Below, in pieces: positions 1 through 10,273 of a DNA stretch of 64,000 nucleotides. Below the pieces are notes generated by a model that had not been told where the DNA came from, did no database searches, and saw nothing but the letters and a program-made list of their open reading frames with translations. The translations under genes and the position numbers were made by a program. Positions within the stretch are counted from its first letter, which is position 1. Each line of letters starts with the position of its first letter. This stretch comes from Arcobacteraceae bacterium. Lineage in GTDB: Bacteria > Campylobacterota > Campylobacteria > Campylobacterales > Arcobacteraceae. The stretch is from positions 1,088,001-1,152,000 of the forward strand of contig OY759974.1 of assembly GCA_963662945.1 (NCBI GenBank). Reading direction: 5' to 3'.

Positions 1-414
1 ATTTTTTCTCCTAAATTCTAAATCTTTTCCTGCATATTTAATCCTGTTTGTAGCTTTTAGTGTATTAAATATAGGTTGGATAAAATCTGATTCTAGTGAC
101 TTAGTTAAGATGGCTGTTTGTGAAAACTGATGTAAAGTATGATCATCTATAGGTATAGCAAAGACCTTATCTGTAAATGTAAAATTTGTAGTAAACTTTT
201 GTAATGATAAGTGGGAAAGAATTTTGAAAATTCTATCTCCATAAAACTGATATTTTGTATTTATAAATTCTTTTATCTCTTCAAAGTTATAAAAGCTATA
301 CACATAAAAATCTTTTTCTAATTCACGTTTATAAAAAGATGCTTTTAAAAAGTTTTCTTGACAATCTTTACATATAGCTTGTAATGATAAAGATTGACAA
401 GTAAAACACCTCAT
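1..414 (-). CDS. ComF-family (CtsW-like) protein, runs off the window edge
   Basis: Manual translation from ATG at 414: MRCFTCQSLSLQAICKDCQ (N-terminal CxxC...CxxC), then AIPIDD...FSQTAIL...KYAGK. Not in the ORF track. Confidence 0.75.
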   Translation of the reverse strand, partial: MRCFTCQSLSLQAICKDCQENFLKASFYKRELEKDFYVYSFYNFEEIKEFINTKYQFYGDRIFKILSHLSLQKFTTNFTFTDKVFAIPIDDHTLHQFSQTAILTKSLESDFIQPIFNTLKATNRIKYAGKDLEFRRKN

Positions 415-419
415 ACTTT

Positions 420-2117
420 TTAAACAGCTTTTGAATTATCCATTAATACTGGTATAAATATGAGTGAAACTACTACTGCTGCAACTGTTCCAGATATTAA
501 AGCAACACCAAGTCCACCAAATACAGGATCAGATGCAAGAAGTGCTGAACCTAAAATAATAGCAATAGCTGTCAATAAAATTGGTTTTGCTCTTGTCGCA
601 CTTGCTATTGCAATTGCTCTTTTCTTCTCAATACCTTTCTCTTCCATTAGTGATTTTGCAAAATCTATTAATAAAAGAGAATTTCTTGAACTTATTCCCA
701 TTAAAGCAATAAATCCTATCAATGAAGTTGCTGTTAAAAAGAAAGTTTCACGAGTAACCAAATCAGCAACAAAATGTCCAACAATAACTCCAATAATAGA
801 TAAAAAACTTCCACCTAAAATAATTCCACTAATTGCAAATGATTTATAATATACAACTAAAAGTAAAAATATCAAAATAAGTGCCGCTATAAATGCAGCC
901 CCCAAATCTCTAAATGTATCAAGGGTAACTTTCATCTCTCCATCCCATCGTAAAAGATATTGTTCACCGGTATTTTTATCTTTTAAATGTAAATCAAACA
1001 TATATGTACTCATACCGGGTTCTTTAGTTACTTCATAATCATTACTAAACTGTTCAATCATCTTCTCTCTAGCATCAAGAAGTGGATAGACTTGACTTAC
1101 CATTTTTGTTTCAGCTAAAACATTTACCATAGTTTTTAAATTTTTATGAAAAATTGTAGGATTTGAAAAACCTCTCTCTATATTAACAACTTCCGTTAAA
1201 GGTATCATTGCCCCTTTGTTATTCATTAGACTTAAAGAACTTAATTTATTTTGTAAATATTCTTTTTCATTTTTATCTACTTTTTGTGTTTCTTCACTTA
1301 ACACTACAAAAATACCTATTTGATCATTATTAGTAATTGTATTTTTTACACCTGTAACCATACCTTCAAATGCCAAATAGAGTATTTTATTTACTTGATC
1401 TACTGTTAGTCCAGCCCTTGCAATTTTATCTGTTAATGGTACAAGTTCATATTTTTTATAAACCTCATCACTCATAACATCTACATCAACTAAACCATCT
1501 GTTTGACTTAAAACTTGAGCCACTTTTTTTGATAAATCTACCACTTTAGTATTATTATCTCCATAAACTTCTACAACTATTGAAGCCAATGTTGGAGGAC
1601 CTGCTGGCATCTCTATTAGTTTAATATTTGTATCTTTGTAAAGAGTTGCACACTCATTTTGTAAAATAGGTCTTAACCTAGTAACCATATTAAAAGATTT
1701 TTCATCCCTTTCATGTTTATCTGTTAAATTTACAACTATTTCACTATACTCTTCACCCTGCTTCATACCACTCCCTTTTACAAGACCGGCATAATCAAGA
1801 GGTGAACCTTGGGCTAAATAAAGTTCTAAATCTGTTACTGCTTCCTCTTTTTGAAGAATATTAATTACACATTGGGATACCTCTTTTGTTTGTTCTACTG
1901 AACTCCCTGTTGGTGTGTCAATATAGATTGAAAATGTATTTGTACTTTTCCCTGGTAACATCTTTGCTAATACTAATTTGGTAGGTAACATCATAAGAGA
2001 AGCCACTAAAGCCCCCATAACTATGAGTATAACCATCAATTTTTTTGACTTGTCTACTAAAATATTATGAATAAACTCTTCAAATTTTGTCGTTACATGT
2101 GTATTATGATTATCCAT
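420..2117 (-). CDS. RND (AcrB/CzcA-family) efflux permease, C-terminal half
   Basis: TM helices with SLIGFIALMGISSRNSLLLIDF and ATRAKPILLT. Start moved to the ATG at 2117 (TAAAATG junction with the upstream half). Confidence 0.85.
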   Translation of the reverse strand: MDNHNTHVTTKFEEFIHNILVDKSKKLMVILIVMGALVASLMMLPTKLVLAKMLPGKSTNTFSIYIDTPTGSSVEQTKEVSQCVINILQKEEAVTDLELYLAQGSPLDYAGLVKGSGMKQGEEYSEIVVNLTDKHERDEKSFNMVTRLRPILQNECATLYKDTNIKLIEMPAGPPTLASIVVEVYGDNNTKVVDLSKKVAQVLSQTDGLVDVDVMSDEVYKKYELVPLTDKIARAGLTVDQVNKILYLAFEGMVTGVKNTITNNDQIGIFVVLSEETQKVDKNEKEYLQNKLSSLSLMNNKGAMIPLTEVVNIERGFSNPTIFHKNLKTMVNVLAETKMVSQVYPLLDAREKMIEQFSNDYEVTKEPGMSTYMFDLHLKDKNTGEQYLLRWDGEMKVTLDTFRDLGAAFIAALILIFLLLVVYYKSFAISGIILGGSFLSIIGVIVGHFVADLVTRETFFLTATSLIGFIALMGISSRNSLLLIDFAKSLMEEKGIEKKRAIAIASATRAKPILLTAIAIILGSALLASDPVFGGLGVALISGTVAAVVVSLIFIPVLMDNSKAV

Positions 2118-2118
2118 T

Positions 2119-3723
2119 TTAGTTGCCTTTATCCATATGATGATGTGCACCATCGTCATTTTTCTTAATCAATTTTTTACTTAAATATGGTGTAAAAATA
2201 TATGCTATTACTAATGAAGCTAGTAATGCAACTGGAACATTGTAAGGAATTGGCTTCATAAATTCACCCATCATCCCTCCAACAAAAGCCATAGGTACCA
2301 TTGTAAGAATAATTGCTAAAGTTGCAACATTTGTAGGTGCTCCAATCTCATCTGTTGCTTTTACTAATAACTCATCCATATCTTTAAACTCACTATTATG
2401 GTCATGGAGATGTCTATGAATATTTTCGATTACGATAATTGCCGCATCCACAAGTAATCCAAGGGAGAGTAAAAATGCAAAAAGTGTGATACGGTTAATT
2501 GTCTGATCACTTAAATAAGCAACAAAAAGAGTTACTGCAAGAATTGCTGGAACTGTAAAAGTTACTATTAAAGATTCTTTCCAACCAAGGAAGAATATAA
2601 GCATAACAGCTATTATTATAATAGTAATAACCAAATGATGTACTAGCTCATTTACAGCCTCATTTGCTCTTTTCCCATAATTTCTTGTAATTGTATATCC
2701 AATACCTTGACTTTGTAATTCCTCTTTATGCTCTTCAAGTAAAGCTACCACATCATCTGCTACAAAAACTGCATTTGTTCCACCAAGTTTTGCTACAGTT
2801 AAAGTAACTTGATCATAACTTTTTAAACCATTATCTTCTTTTAAAACGATTGATGCACTTTGTTTATTTTGATTATCAAAACTATCTTTTACAGTTGCAA
2901 CATCTTTTAAATATATTGGACTTCCCATGTATTGAGCTACTATTATATTTTGTACATCTTGGATACTATCAATTGCATTTTTTACACCAAATACAACTAA
3001 TTCATTAGTTGCTGTTTTTGATTTTACATCAGGGACATTAATTGTTAAAGATTTAATAGCTTGTACAATTTGACCTAATGAAAGATGATAACCTTTAAGT
3101 TTTGCTAAATCAACTTCTACATTATACTGTTCTTTTTTAGCACCTTTAAGTTGTGTTTTTGATACACTATCTATCTCACTTATTTTATGTTTTAAATCTT
3201 GAATAGTTTTTACAAAAGTATTGTAATCAATAGTTTTATTTTTTTGATAAAAAGCAATATTCACTATTGGGATATCAATATCTATATCAAATGGTTTTAC
3301 CAATGGCTGCATTACCTCTTTTGGAAGTTGATCCATATTTTGCATCACTTTATCATAAAGTTTTAGATTTGATACTTCTCTATTTTGCCCTATATAGTAC
3401 ATAACATTTACAATAGCCACACTATTTGAACTCATAGAATAAATATGTTCAACACCTTTTATCTCACGAAGACGCTGTTCAAGTGGTTCAACTATCACTT
3501 TCTCTATTTGTTTAGGACTAAGACCAGGGGCTGGGATAATAATACTTCCACCACTAATTGCAATTTGGGGATCTTCCTCTCTTGGCATAATCTCTAAAGA
3601 AAGGTAACCAATAGAGAGTAAAAAGATTGCCAATACAGAAGTTAATGGACTATATAAAAAAGCTTTTGCTAACTTTCCTGCATAATCTTTCACACTTATA
3701 TGTGATAAGTTTTTCTCTTCCAT
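2119..3723 (-). CDS. RND efflux permease, N-terminal half
   Basis: MPREEDPQI, VEPLEQRL and GLLVDAAIIVIENIHRH motifs. Confidence 0.85.
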   Translation of the reverse strand: MEEKNLSHISVKDYAGKLAKAFLYSPLTSVLAIFLLSIGYLSLEIMPREEDPQIAISGGSIIIPAPGLSPKQIEKVIVEPLEQRLREIKGVEHIYSMSSNSVAIVNVMYYIGQNREVSNLKLYDKVMQNMDQLPKEVMQPLVKPFDIDIDIPIVNIAFYQKNKTIDYNTFVKTIQDLKHKISEIDSVSKTQLKGAKKEQYNVEVDLAKLKGYHLSLGQIVQAIKSLTINVPDVKSKTATNELVVFGVKNAIDSIQDVQNIIVAQYMGSPIYLKDVATVKDSFDNQNKQSASIVLKEDNGLKSYDQVTLTVAKLGGTNAVFVADDVVALLEEHKEELQSQGIGYTITRNYGKRANEAVNELVHHLVITIIIIAVMLIFFLGWKESLIVTFTVPAILAVTLFVAYLSDQTINRITLFAFLLSLGLLVDAAIIVIENIHRHLHDHNSEFKDMDELLVKATDEIGAPTNVATLAIILTMVPMAFVGGMMGEFMKPIPYNVPVALLASLVIAYIFTPYLSKKLIKKNDDGAHHHMDKGN

Positions 3724-4478
3724 TATTTAGCCTCTATAAAAACTTTTGCATACATTCCAGGATATACTTTTGGATTTGGAGTAAATGAAACTTTTATCAT
3801 AAATGTATGTGTCATAGGATTTGAACTTGGAATTATAGATTCTATTTTACCTTTTGTTTCATAATTTAAAGAAGGAATTACTACATTTACTTCATCTTTT
3901 AATTTGACTTTATATAAATCACTCTCTGCAATTTCAGCAGTAATTTTTAAACTACTTAAATCCGTAAGTACGAGTGCTGGCATACCTGGTATTGCCATCT
4001 CACCAGCTTTAATGTTTTTTCTTATTACAACTCCATCATTTGGAGCTTTTATTGTAAGATATTGGTATTGATTTTCTACCTCTTTTACTTGTGCTTTACT
4101 TACAGTTACCATATCTTCAAGATTTTTTGTTCCAAGTTCTAATTGTTCAACTTCAAATTTTGATACTAATCCTTTCTCAAATAATCTTTTATATCTTTCA
4201 TAATTTCTTTTCATAGTTTGATATTGATTTTCATACATTTGAACACCCATTAGTGCTTGTTGTTTTTTACTATCAATTTCTGTTGAATCTATAGCATAAA
4301 GAATTTGTCCTTTTTTTACCATACTCCCTTCACTCACATTGACACTTTTTATAAATCCCATAAATCTACTTGTAATAAATTTTTCATTATCTGAGATAAC
4401 AGTTGAACTTAATTCTATTGTTTGTCCAAAAGATATATTTACTAAAATAAATAGTGCTATTAAACTTTTTTTTATCAT
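3723..4478 (-). CDS. RND periplasmic adaptor (membrane fusion protein)
   Basis: Signal peptide, lipoyl-like VSEGSMVKKGQIL and IKAPNDGVV motifs, C-terminal PGMY. Confidence 0.9.
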   Translation of the reverse strand: MIKKSLIALFILVNISFGQTIELSSTVISDNEKFITSRFMGFIKSVNVSEGSMVKKGQILYAIDSTEIDSKKQQALMGVQMYENQYQTMKRNYERYKRLFEKGLVSKFEVEQLELGTKNLEDMVTVSKAQVKEVENQYQYLTIKAPNDGVVIRKNIKAGEMAIPGMPALVLTDLSSLKITAEIAESDLYKVKLKDEVNVVIPSLNYETKGKIESIIPSSNPMTHTFMIKVSFTPNPKVYPGMYAKVFIEAK

Positions 4479-5857
4479 TTTAAACTCTCCCCTAAAGATA
4501 TTTTTAATTTAGCTGCTGCTAATGATTTTTCATATTTTGCCATAATTGTTTCGGCACTTGCTTTTTGTTGATTTGCTTGTTGCATAAGTAAATTACTCAT
4601 ATTTATCAAATGATTTTTATACATTTGAGAAGATTGTTCTAATACTTCATCTGAAAGTTTTTGTGCTTTTATTTTTTGATTTAATACTTTTTCTTTTGCT
4701 TTGAGTGTTAAAATATTTTTTTCAACTTCAAGTTTAATCCCATCTTTCATATATTCAAAATTATTTACAATTTGATTATATTCTATCTTGGCTTTTTGTG
4801 ATTTTTTACTTGTCACACCACCATCAAAAAGTGTATATGAGATACCAATTGCTCCTAAATAATAATCTTTGTCTTCAATATCACTTGTTTTTAAAGTATT
4901 ATCGTTATACCCATATTCTGCTTGTATTCCAATAGTTGGATATTTTGCCGAACTATCAAAATCTATTTTTGATTTTAATGTTTGTGTATTATATTTCATC
5001 CATTGATAATCATCTCTATTTTCATAAATAGTCTCTTGTAATGCTGTTATTGTTATTGTATCAATATCAATTACTTTAAAATCTGCAACATTGCTAATAG
5101 TGTCATCTGAAGTTAAAAATCGTAAATATGCAATTGCTAACTCAAATCTATTTTCCGCTTCTATTTTTTGAGCCTCAACACCCATATCATAAACTTTAGC
5201 TTGTTTAACATCTATATTTGTTACAAGACCTTCATTGTATAATTCACTTGCAAACTCTACAAAAGAATTTGTTGCTTCTTTTGCTTTTTGTGTTGCTTTA
5301 ATAAACTCTTTTGATGCTACTGCACCATTATAAGCTTTAATAACTTCTAATGCTAATGTTTTCTCATCATATAAGTATTTTGCTTTTTGTGCAAGTAATT
5401 GCAACTGTGCCATTTTTTTAGCACTATCAAGTTTAAATCCAGTAAATATAGGTGCTTGATAAACTACTTTTGTTTCATAATTTGTTCTGTATCCAGGATA
5501 ATTTAAATCAGTTGGTTGTGTTTTTAAAATTGCATCACCACCACCTGGCATACCAGACATTTGCCAATTTAAAAAATCTTTAAAACCAAAAGCACCAAAA
5601 TCAGCTTCTCTTGAAGCAAGTTTCATACCAAAAACATAACCTGCATTATTTGTTCTACTAATATTTTCATTAAAAACCAAATTACCATAGTTGTATCCTG
5701 ACGCTTCATCTACCGAAAGTTTAGCTTTTTCAATCTCTAATTTTTTTGCTTTTAAGCCTTTATTATTTTCAAGTGTCTTATCTAATGATTTATCAAAATC
5801 TATAGTATAAGCCTGTAAAAATATTGGAATAACTAATAATGTAAAAAATACTTTCAT
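4475..5857 (-). CDS. TolC-family outer membrane efflux protein
   Basis: Signal peptide, helical repeats, YTLFDGG motif and operon context. Confidence 0.88.
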   Translation of the reverse strand: MKVFFTLLVIPIFLQAYTIDFDKSLDKTLENNKGLKAKKLEIEKAKLSVDEASGYNYGNLVFNENISRTNNAGYVFGMKLASREADFGAFGFKDFLNWQMSGMPGGGDAILKTQPTDLNYPGYRTNYETKVVYQAPIFTGFKLDSAKKMAQLQLLAQKAKYLYDEKTLALEVIKAYNGAVASKEFIKATQKAKEATNSFVEFASELYNEGLVTNIDVKQAKVYDMGVEAQKIEAENRFELAIAYLRFLTSDDTISNVADFKVIDIDTITITALQETIYENRDDYQWMKYNTQTLKSKIDFDSSAKYPTIGIQAEYGYNDNTLKTSDIEDKDYYLGAIGISYTLFDGGVTSKKSQKAKIEYNQIVNNFEYMKDGIKLEVEKNILTLKAKEKVLNQKIKAQKLSDEVLEQSSQMYKNHLINMSNLLMQQANQQKASAETIMAKYEKSLAAAKLKISLGESLK

Positions 5858-6441
5858 TGTGTATCCTCTTTCTTTAATAATTGAGATAAATTATCAATAT
5901 ATTCTATAATTACTTGTTTTGATTTTCTTGCAATAAAAAAGCCATCTAGCGTAGCAAAAATACTTGGAATAAAATTAATAGCTTCTTCTTTTAATTCCCT
6001 GTTTTTAATACCATCTTGAATAATATCCATCAAAATTGTTGTATATTTTTCCATCATATTATTTTGATATTCGATTATTTCTAAACTTGGATTATTTAAT
6101 GTAATTGCTAGAAATTCTTTGTATATTGCACGTTGAGTTTGTACCACTGGTTCATCACTAATATATAATGAAAATAAATCTTTGATTTTCTCTTGTGTTG
6201 AATTACTTGCTTCAAGATTTTCTTTTAGTTTTGGATCATAATCTTCTTGTAAACAACTCATAAGTTCAAAAATTATATCTTCTTTATTGGTAAAGTATTC
6301 ATATATAGTACCTTTTCCAATACCTGCAACTTTTGCGATTTCACTAATGGAAATATTTACAAATCCTTTTGTAATAAATAAATCACAAGTAGACTTTGCA
6401 ATTGCTTTTCTTTTATTAAGTTTTTTCAATAATCTTGACAT
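5854..6441 (-). CDS. TetR/AcrR-family regulator
   Basis: ISEIAKVAGIGKGTIYEYFTNKEDI HTH. Confidence 0.93.
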   Translation of the reverse strand: MSRLLKKLNKRKAIAKSTCDLFITKGFVNISISEIAKVAGIGKGTIYEYFTNKEDIIFELMSCLQEDYDPKLKENLEASNSTQEKIKDLFSLYISDEPVVQTQRAIYKEFLAITLNNPSLEIIEYQNNMMEKYTTILMDIIQDGIKNRELKEEAINFIPSIFATLDGFFIARKSKQVIIEYIDNLSQLLKKEDTQ

Positions 6442-6454
6442 TTAATACCTTTTC

Positions 6455-6467
6455 TGACCAATGGTCA
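6455..6467. promoter_or_regulatory. Palindrome TGACCA-A-TGGTCA, probable TetR operator
   Basis: Perfect inverted repeat just upstream of the tetR start. Confidence 0.55.
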
Positions 6468-6517
6468 ATTTTTTAATGGTATTATAATTTTTCTTAATAA
6501 TTTATAAATTTTAAATA

Positions 6518-7396
6518 TTATTTTGCGATTATATGTCTATTGAGATATTTTGATAATAATTCACTTAAATTATTTTTGATTTTTTCATCAAAACTATTTA
6601 AGCTTTTTTCACATTTTTTAGATAATTCATTGGCACTGTCTATCGCACCTTTTAAGCCTAAAAGATTTACAAATGAATTTTTATTAGCGTCATTTGATGT
6701 AGTTTTACCGGCTTCATCTTCACTTTGTACTTCATCAATAATATCATCTTGTATCTGAAAGAGTAATCCTATATCAATACCAAATTGATATAATTTTTCT
6801 TGTTCTTCATAAGATAAATTTACTATAATAGCACCCATTTTTAGACTTGCTGCTATAAGTTTTGCTGTTTTATGAATATGTAAAAACTCTAATTTTTCCA
6901 ATTCTATTTTTTGATTTTCAAAGTAACAATCAATAGCTTGACCAATAATCATTCCATCAATTCCACCATCATTACTCAATGTTTTAATCAATTCAATTTT
7001 TACATCATTACTTAATGATGCATTAGCTAAGAGATTAAAACTATGTGTATTTAGAGCATCTCCAACTAGTATAGCTGTAACTTCATCATAAGTTTTATGT
7101 AAAGTTGGGTTTCCCCGTCGTAAATCAGCGTTATCCATAGCTGGCAAATCATCATGAATTAGTGAATAAGTATGTAAAAACTCTATAGCTAAAGCAACAG
7201 GTAAACTGTTTTTAATAAGTAAAGGTTCTAAAGAATTTACTATAGTAAGTATAAGCATTGGTCGAAATCTTTTTCCACCTGCTTGAAGCATATCTTGCAA
7301 TGCATTTTCAAATATAGGGTGAAATGTTTTAGATACAGGAAGATTTTCTAATAAATATTGTTCAAACTGCTCTAATAACTTTTCACTTTGTAACAC
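6518..7396 (-). CDS. ispA: Geranyltranstransferase / polyprenyl synthetase
   Basis: GGKRFRP, SLIHDDLPAMD and FQIQDD motifs. Confidence 0.92.
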   Translation of the reverse strand: MLQSEKLLEQFEQYLLENLPVSKTFHPIFENALQDMLQAGGKRFRPMLILTIVNSLEPLLIKNSLPVALAIEFLHTYSLIHDDLPAMDNADLRRGNPTLHKTYDEVTAILVGDALNTHSFNLLANASLSNDVKIELIKTLSNDGGIDGMIIGQAIDCYFENQKIELEKLEFLHIHKTAKLIAASLKMGAIIVNLSYEEQEKLYQFGIDIGLLFQIQDDIIDEVQSEDEAGKTTSNDANKNSFVNLLGLKGAIDSANELSKKCEKSLNSFDEKIKNNLSELLSKYLNRHIIAK

Positions 7397-7405
7397 TGTT
7401 ACTAC

Positions 7406-7723
7406 CTACTTTGCAAAAGGGTTTATACCACCCATCATATTCATTGCCATTGTTTTTTTTGCTTCATCACTTTGCTTCATCACATCATTCATAGCACTTA
7501 TTAGTAATATTTGCAAAGCGTCTTTATCATCAAGAAGAGAATCATCTATTTGTAGATCAGTTACTTCTGAATTACCATTAATTGATAATTCAATCATTCC
7601 TCCACCTACTTTAGAAGTGAAAATTTGTTTTGCACCCTCAATTTTTGCTTTTTGAGTCATCTCTTGTACTTGACCCATCATCTCATTGAGATTTAATTTA
7701 CTTAAATCAATCCCTTCAAACAT
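7406..7723 (-). CDS. YbaB/EbfC nucleoid-associated protein
   Basis: GGGMIELSING motif, about 105 aa. Confidence 0.88.
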   Translation of the reverse strand: MFEGIDLSKLNLNEMMGQVQEMTQKAKIEGAKQIFTSKVGGGMIELSINGNSEVTDLQIDDSLLDDKDALQILLISAMNDVMKQSDEAKKTMAMNMMGGINPFAK

Positions 7724-8103
7724 TAACGATCACTTCCTATAAGTTCATTTGTAATTTCAATTATATTATTTTTTTCATCTACATGAACTACTATTGGTTT
7801 ATAGTTTTCTAACTCATCATTATGGTATGAACCATAAGCAATTACTATAATTTTATCACCTATTTCAACTTTTCTAGCTGCAGCACCATTAAGACACATA
7901 TCTTTACTTCCTCGTGCACCTTTTATAACATAAGTTGAAAATCGTTCACCATTATTTATATTTACTATTTCAACTTTTTGCCCAACTCTTAAAGCTGCAG
8001 CATCTAGTAAATCTTCATCAACAGTAATAGAACCTACATAATTTAGATTTGCATCTGTTACTGTGGCTCTATGTATTTTACTATATAACATATCAAATGT
8101 CAT
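7723..8103 (-). CDS. panD: Aspartate 1-decarboxylase
   Basis: [17 protein letters not shown] and LNGAAAR motifs. Confidence 0.97.
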   Translation of the reverse strand: MTFDMLYSKIHRATVTDANLNYVGSITVDEDLLDAAALRVGQKVEIVNINNGERFSTYVIKGARGSKDMCLNGAAARKVEIGDKIIVIAYGSYHNDELENYKPIVVHVDEKNNIIEITNELIGSDR

Positions 8104-8111
8104 TCTTATCC

Positions 8112-8474
8112 TTATTTTGCTAAAGATAGAGGCTCACCCCAAAATTGCTCAGGGATAATATACTCTTGTACTGGATTTCCACCAATTAAATGTTCATCTA
8201 TAATTCTATCTAATTTCTCTTTAGTTAATTGTACATACATATGATGACCTGGTTCTACTAACATAACTGGTCCCATTTGACATCTTCCAAGACAGCTTGT
8301 TCTTATAGGTTGAACTGGTCCCATTAAACCTTTTTGCATCATACTTTGTGCAAGATGATTAAATAAATCTCTTGTTTGTTCTGTCACACATGATGGTTTT
8401 GGCATCCCAGGAGGTGCACTTTGTTCACATTTAAATATGTAAAATGTTGGCTGCGGTATTTGTGGCATTTCCAT
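8112..8474 (-). CDS. Thioredoxin-like [2Fe-2S] ferredoxin
   Basis: Four-Cys pattern including [11 protein letters not shown], and C-terminal EHLIGG. Confidence 0.85.
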   Translation of the reverse strand: MEMPQIPQPTFYIFKCEQSAPPGMPKPSCVTEQTRDLFNHLAQSMMQKGLMGPVQPIRTSCLGRCQMGPVMLVEPGHHMYVQLTKEKLDRIIDEHLIGGNPVQEYIIPEQFWGEPLSLAK

Positions 8475-8557
8475 TATTTTTCCTTTATTTTTGTTTAACT
8501 TTTATTTTATTCGCGAATTTTATCCGAGATTACTTAAAACTATCTAAAATGAGATTT

Positions 8558-10273
8558 TTAGTAATCTTCACCTCCACTATGCATTGAAACTTCAAACTCA
8601 ACCACTTTATCTCGTCCATTATTCTTTGCATGATAAAGTGCATCATCAGCATATTTTATCGCTTTCCACAGTGTATCCGCATCATTTGGATAATATGCTA
8701 TTCCTACACTTAATGTCTTTGTAAATGTAATATGATTTGCATTAAAAATCTCTGATTTAAACTTTTCATTAATCATTTTTGCAATTTCTAAACTTTTTAT
8801 TTTTGTGGTATTTTGTAACAATATTAGAAACTCTTCACCACCATATCTTACTGCTACATCAGAATTTCGTGTTGATTCTTTCATTATTTTTGCTAAACGT
8901 TTAATCACTTCATCACCAACATCATGTCCATAAGTATCATTTACTTTTTTAAAAAAATCAACATCTATCATCAAAACTGCATGAAGATTGTCATCTATTA
9001 TTCTATTAGTTACATTGGAATCTAAAAGTTCATTTAAAAATCGTCTGTTATATAAACCTGTCATCGGATCTCTAAGGGTAGTTTCTTTTAAAATATCCAT
9101 TAAAATTTTACTTTCTATAACAGGTTTTGCCATATCAAAATAATTACTTATTACAGGTATTTCATCTTTAATTCTTTTTATCTCATCACGTGAAGATGAT
9201 TGTATATGTAATACTAAAGAATTATCTTCATCAATATCAAAATTTAAACATATATATTCACTTACTTTTTGTTTACAATGTAAACATAAGTCATCAAAAT
9301 CACTTGAATATACATGACTTGAAGTTCTAAATGCTCTACATAAAGTTGCATTCTCATCCAATTCAATATCATTTAAATCAGCTGAGTCAAATATTATTTC
9401 TCTTATTTTATTTTTATTATTAATCTCAAAAAATATAAATTTATTTATTTTAAACTTACTTTGAAGTATATGTACAATTCTATGATAAATAACCATCTTA
9501 TTTTCATCTAACTCAATAGTCTTTTTAAACCTATATATTTCTGAAAGTTCATTTAATCTATTAGCTACTTTTCCAGCTTCATTTTGAAGTTTTGTATCAA
9601 TGATATAAGAAAAATCACCTCTATATGCTTTCAATATTCCATTTTCTAAATCATCAAATAATTTGATATAAGGTCTAATAAAATAATTTGCTACAAAAAT
9701 TGAAATAATTAAAATAACTAATACAATAAATAAAATTTTAGCTGCTATTAAAACCCCTTCTATTCTTGTTGAACTTACTTCTAAATCCATACTAATAACA
9801 CCTAAAACATCACCCTCATTTGCAGTATGACATTCTAAACAATTTGGATTTGTATTCGCTGTAGCAATATATGGGATACTCACTTTTAATATAACATTAT
9901 CCACAGTTTCTATAAGTTTTGTTTGTAACTTAGCTGTATCCACTACTTTTTTTTCAAGTGGTGTGATTCTCGTTTCTCCATAAAAACCTACACCATATTG
10001 TTTTACTACAGAAGGAGCTCTTAAAAGATGGAAGTTTTCAATTTTTTGATTTACAGCAATGTTGTTTAAAAAAAATGCTCTTTTATCCATGGTGCCGTTT
10101 ACCATATGTGCAGTTAATCCATCCCGAACATTTTGTGCTATACTAATGGCTTTATCCGTTGTATTTTTTATACTAAAAGCTTTGAAATTGTAAATAAAAA
10201 CCATTATACTTACTAAAGAAACACTTAATAGCATAGCAATAACAATTGTTAGAACTTTTTTATTTGTACTCAT
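8558..10273 (-). CDS. Membrane diguanylate cyclase with a CxxCH-containing periplasmic domain
   Basis: Two TM helices, NPNCLECH, DPMTGLYNRR and RYGGEEF. Confidence 0.9.
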   Translation of the reverse strand: MSTNKKVLTIVIAMLLSVSLVSIMVFIYNFKAFSIKNTTDKAISIAQNVRDGLTAHMVNGTMDKRAFFLNNIAVNQKIENFHLLRAPSVVKQYGVGFYGETRITPLEKKVVDTAKLQTKLIETVDNVILKVSIPYIATANTNPNCLECHTANEGDVLGVISMDLEVSSTRIEGVLIAAKILFIVLVILIISIFVANYFIRPYIKLFDDLENGILKAYRGDFSYIIDTKLQNEAGKVANRLNELSEIYRFKKTIELDENKMVIYHRIVHILQSKFKINKFIFFEINNKNKIREIIFDSADLNDIELDENATLCRAFRTSSHVYSSDFDDLCLHCKQKVSEYICLNFDIDEDNSLVLHIQSSSRDEIKRIKDEIPVISNYFDMAKPVIESKILMDILKETTLRDPMTGLYNRRFLNELLDSNVTNRIIDDNLHAVLMIDVDFFKKVNDTYGHDVGDEVIKRLAKIMKESTRNSDVAVRYGGEEFLILLQNTTKIKSLEIAKMINEKFKSEIFNANHITFTKTLSVGIAYYPNDADTLWKAIKYADDALYHAKNNGRDKVVEFEVSMHSGGEDY

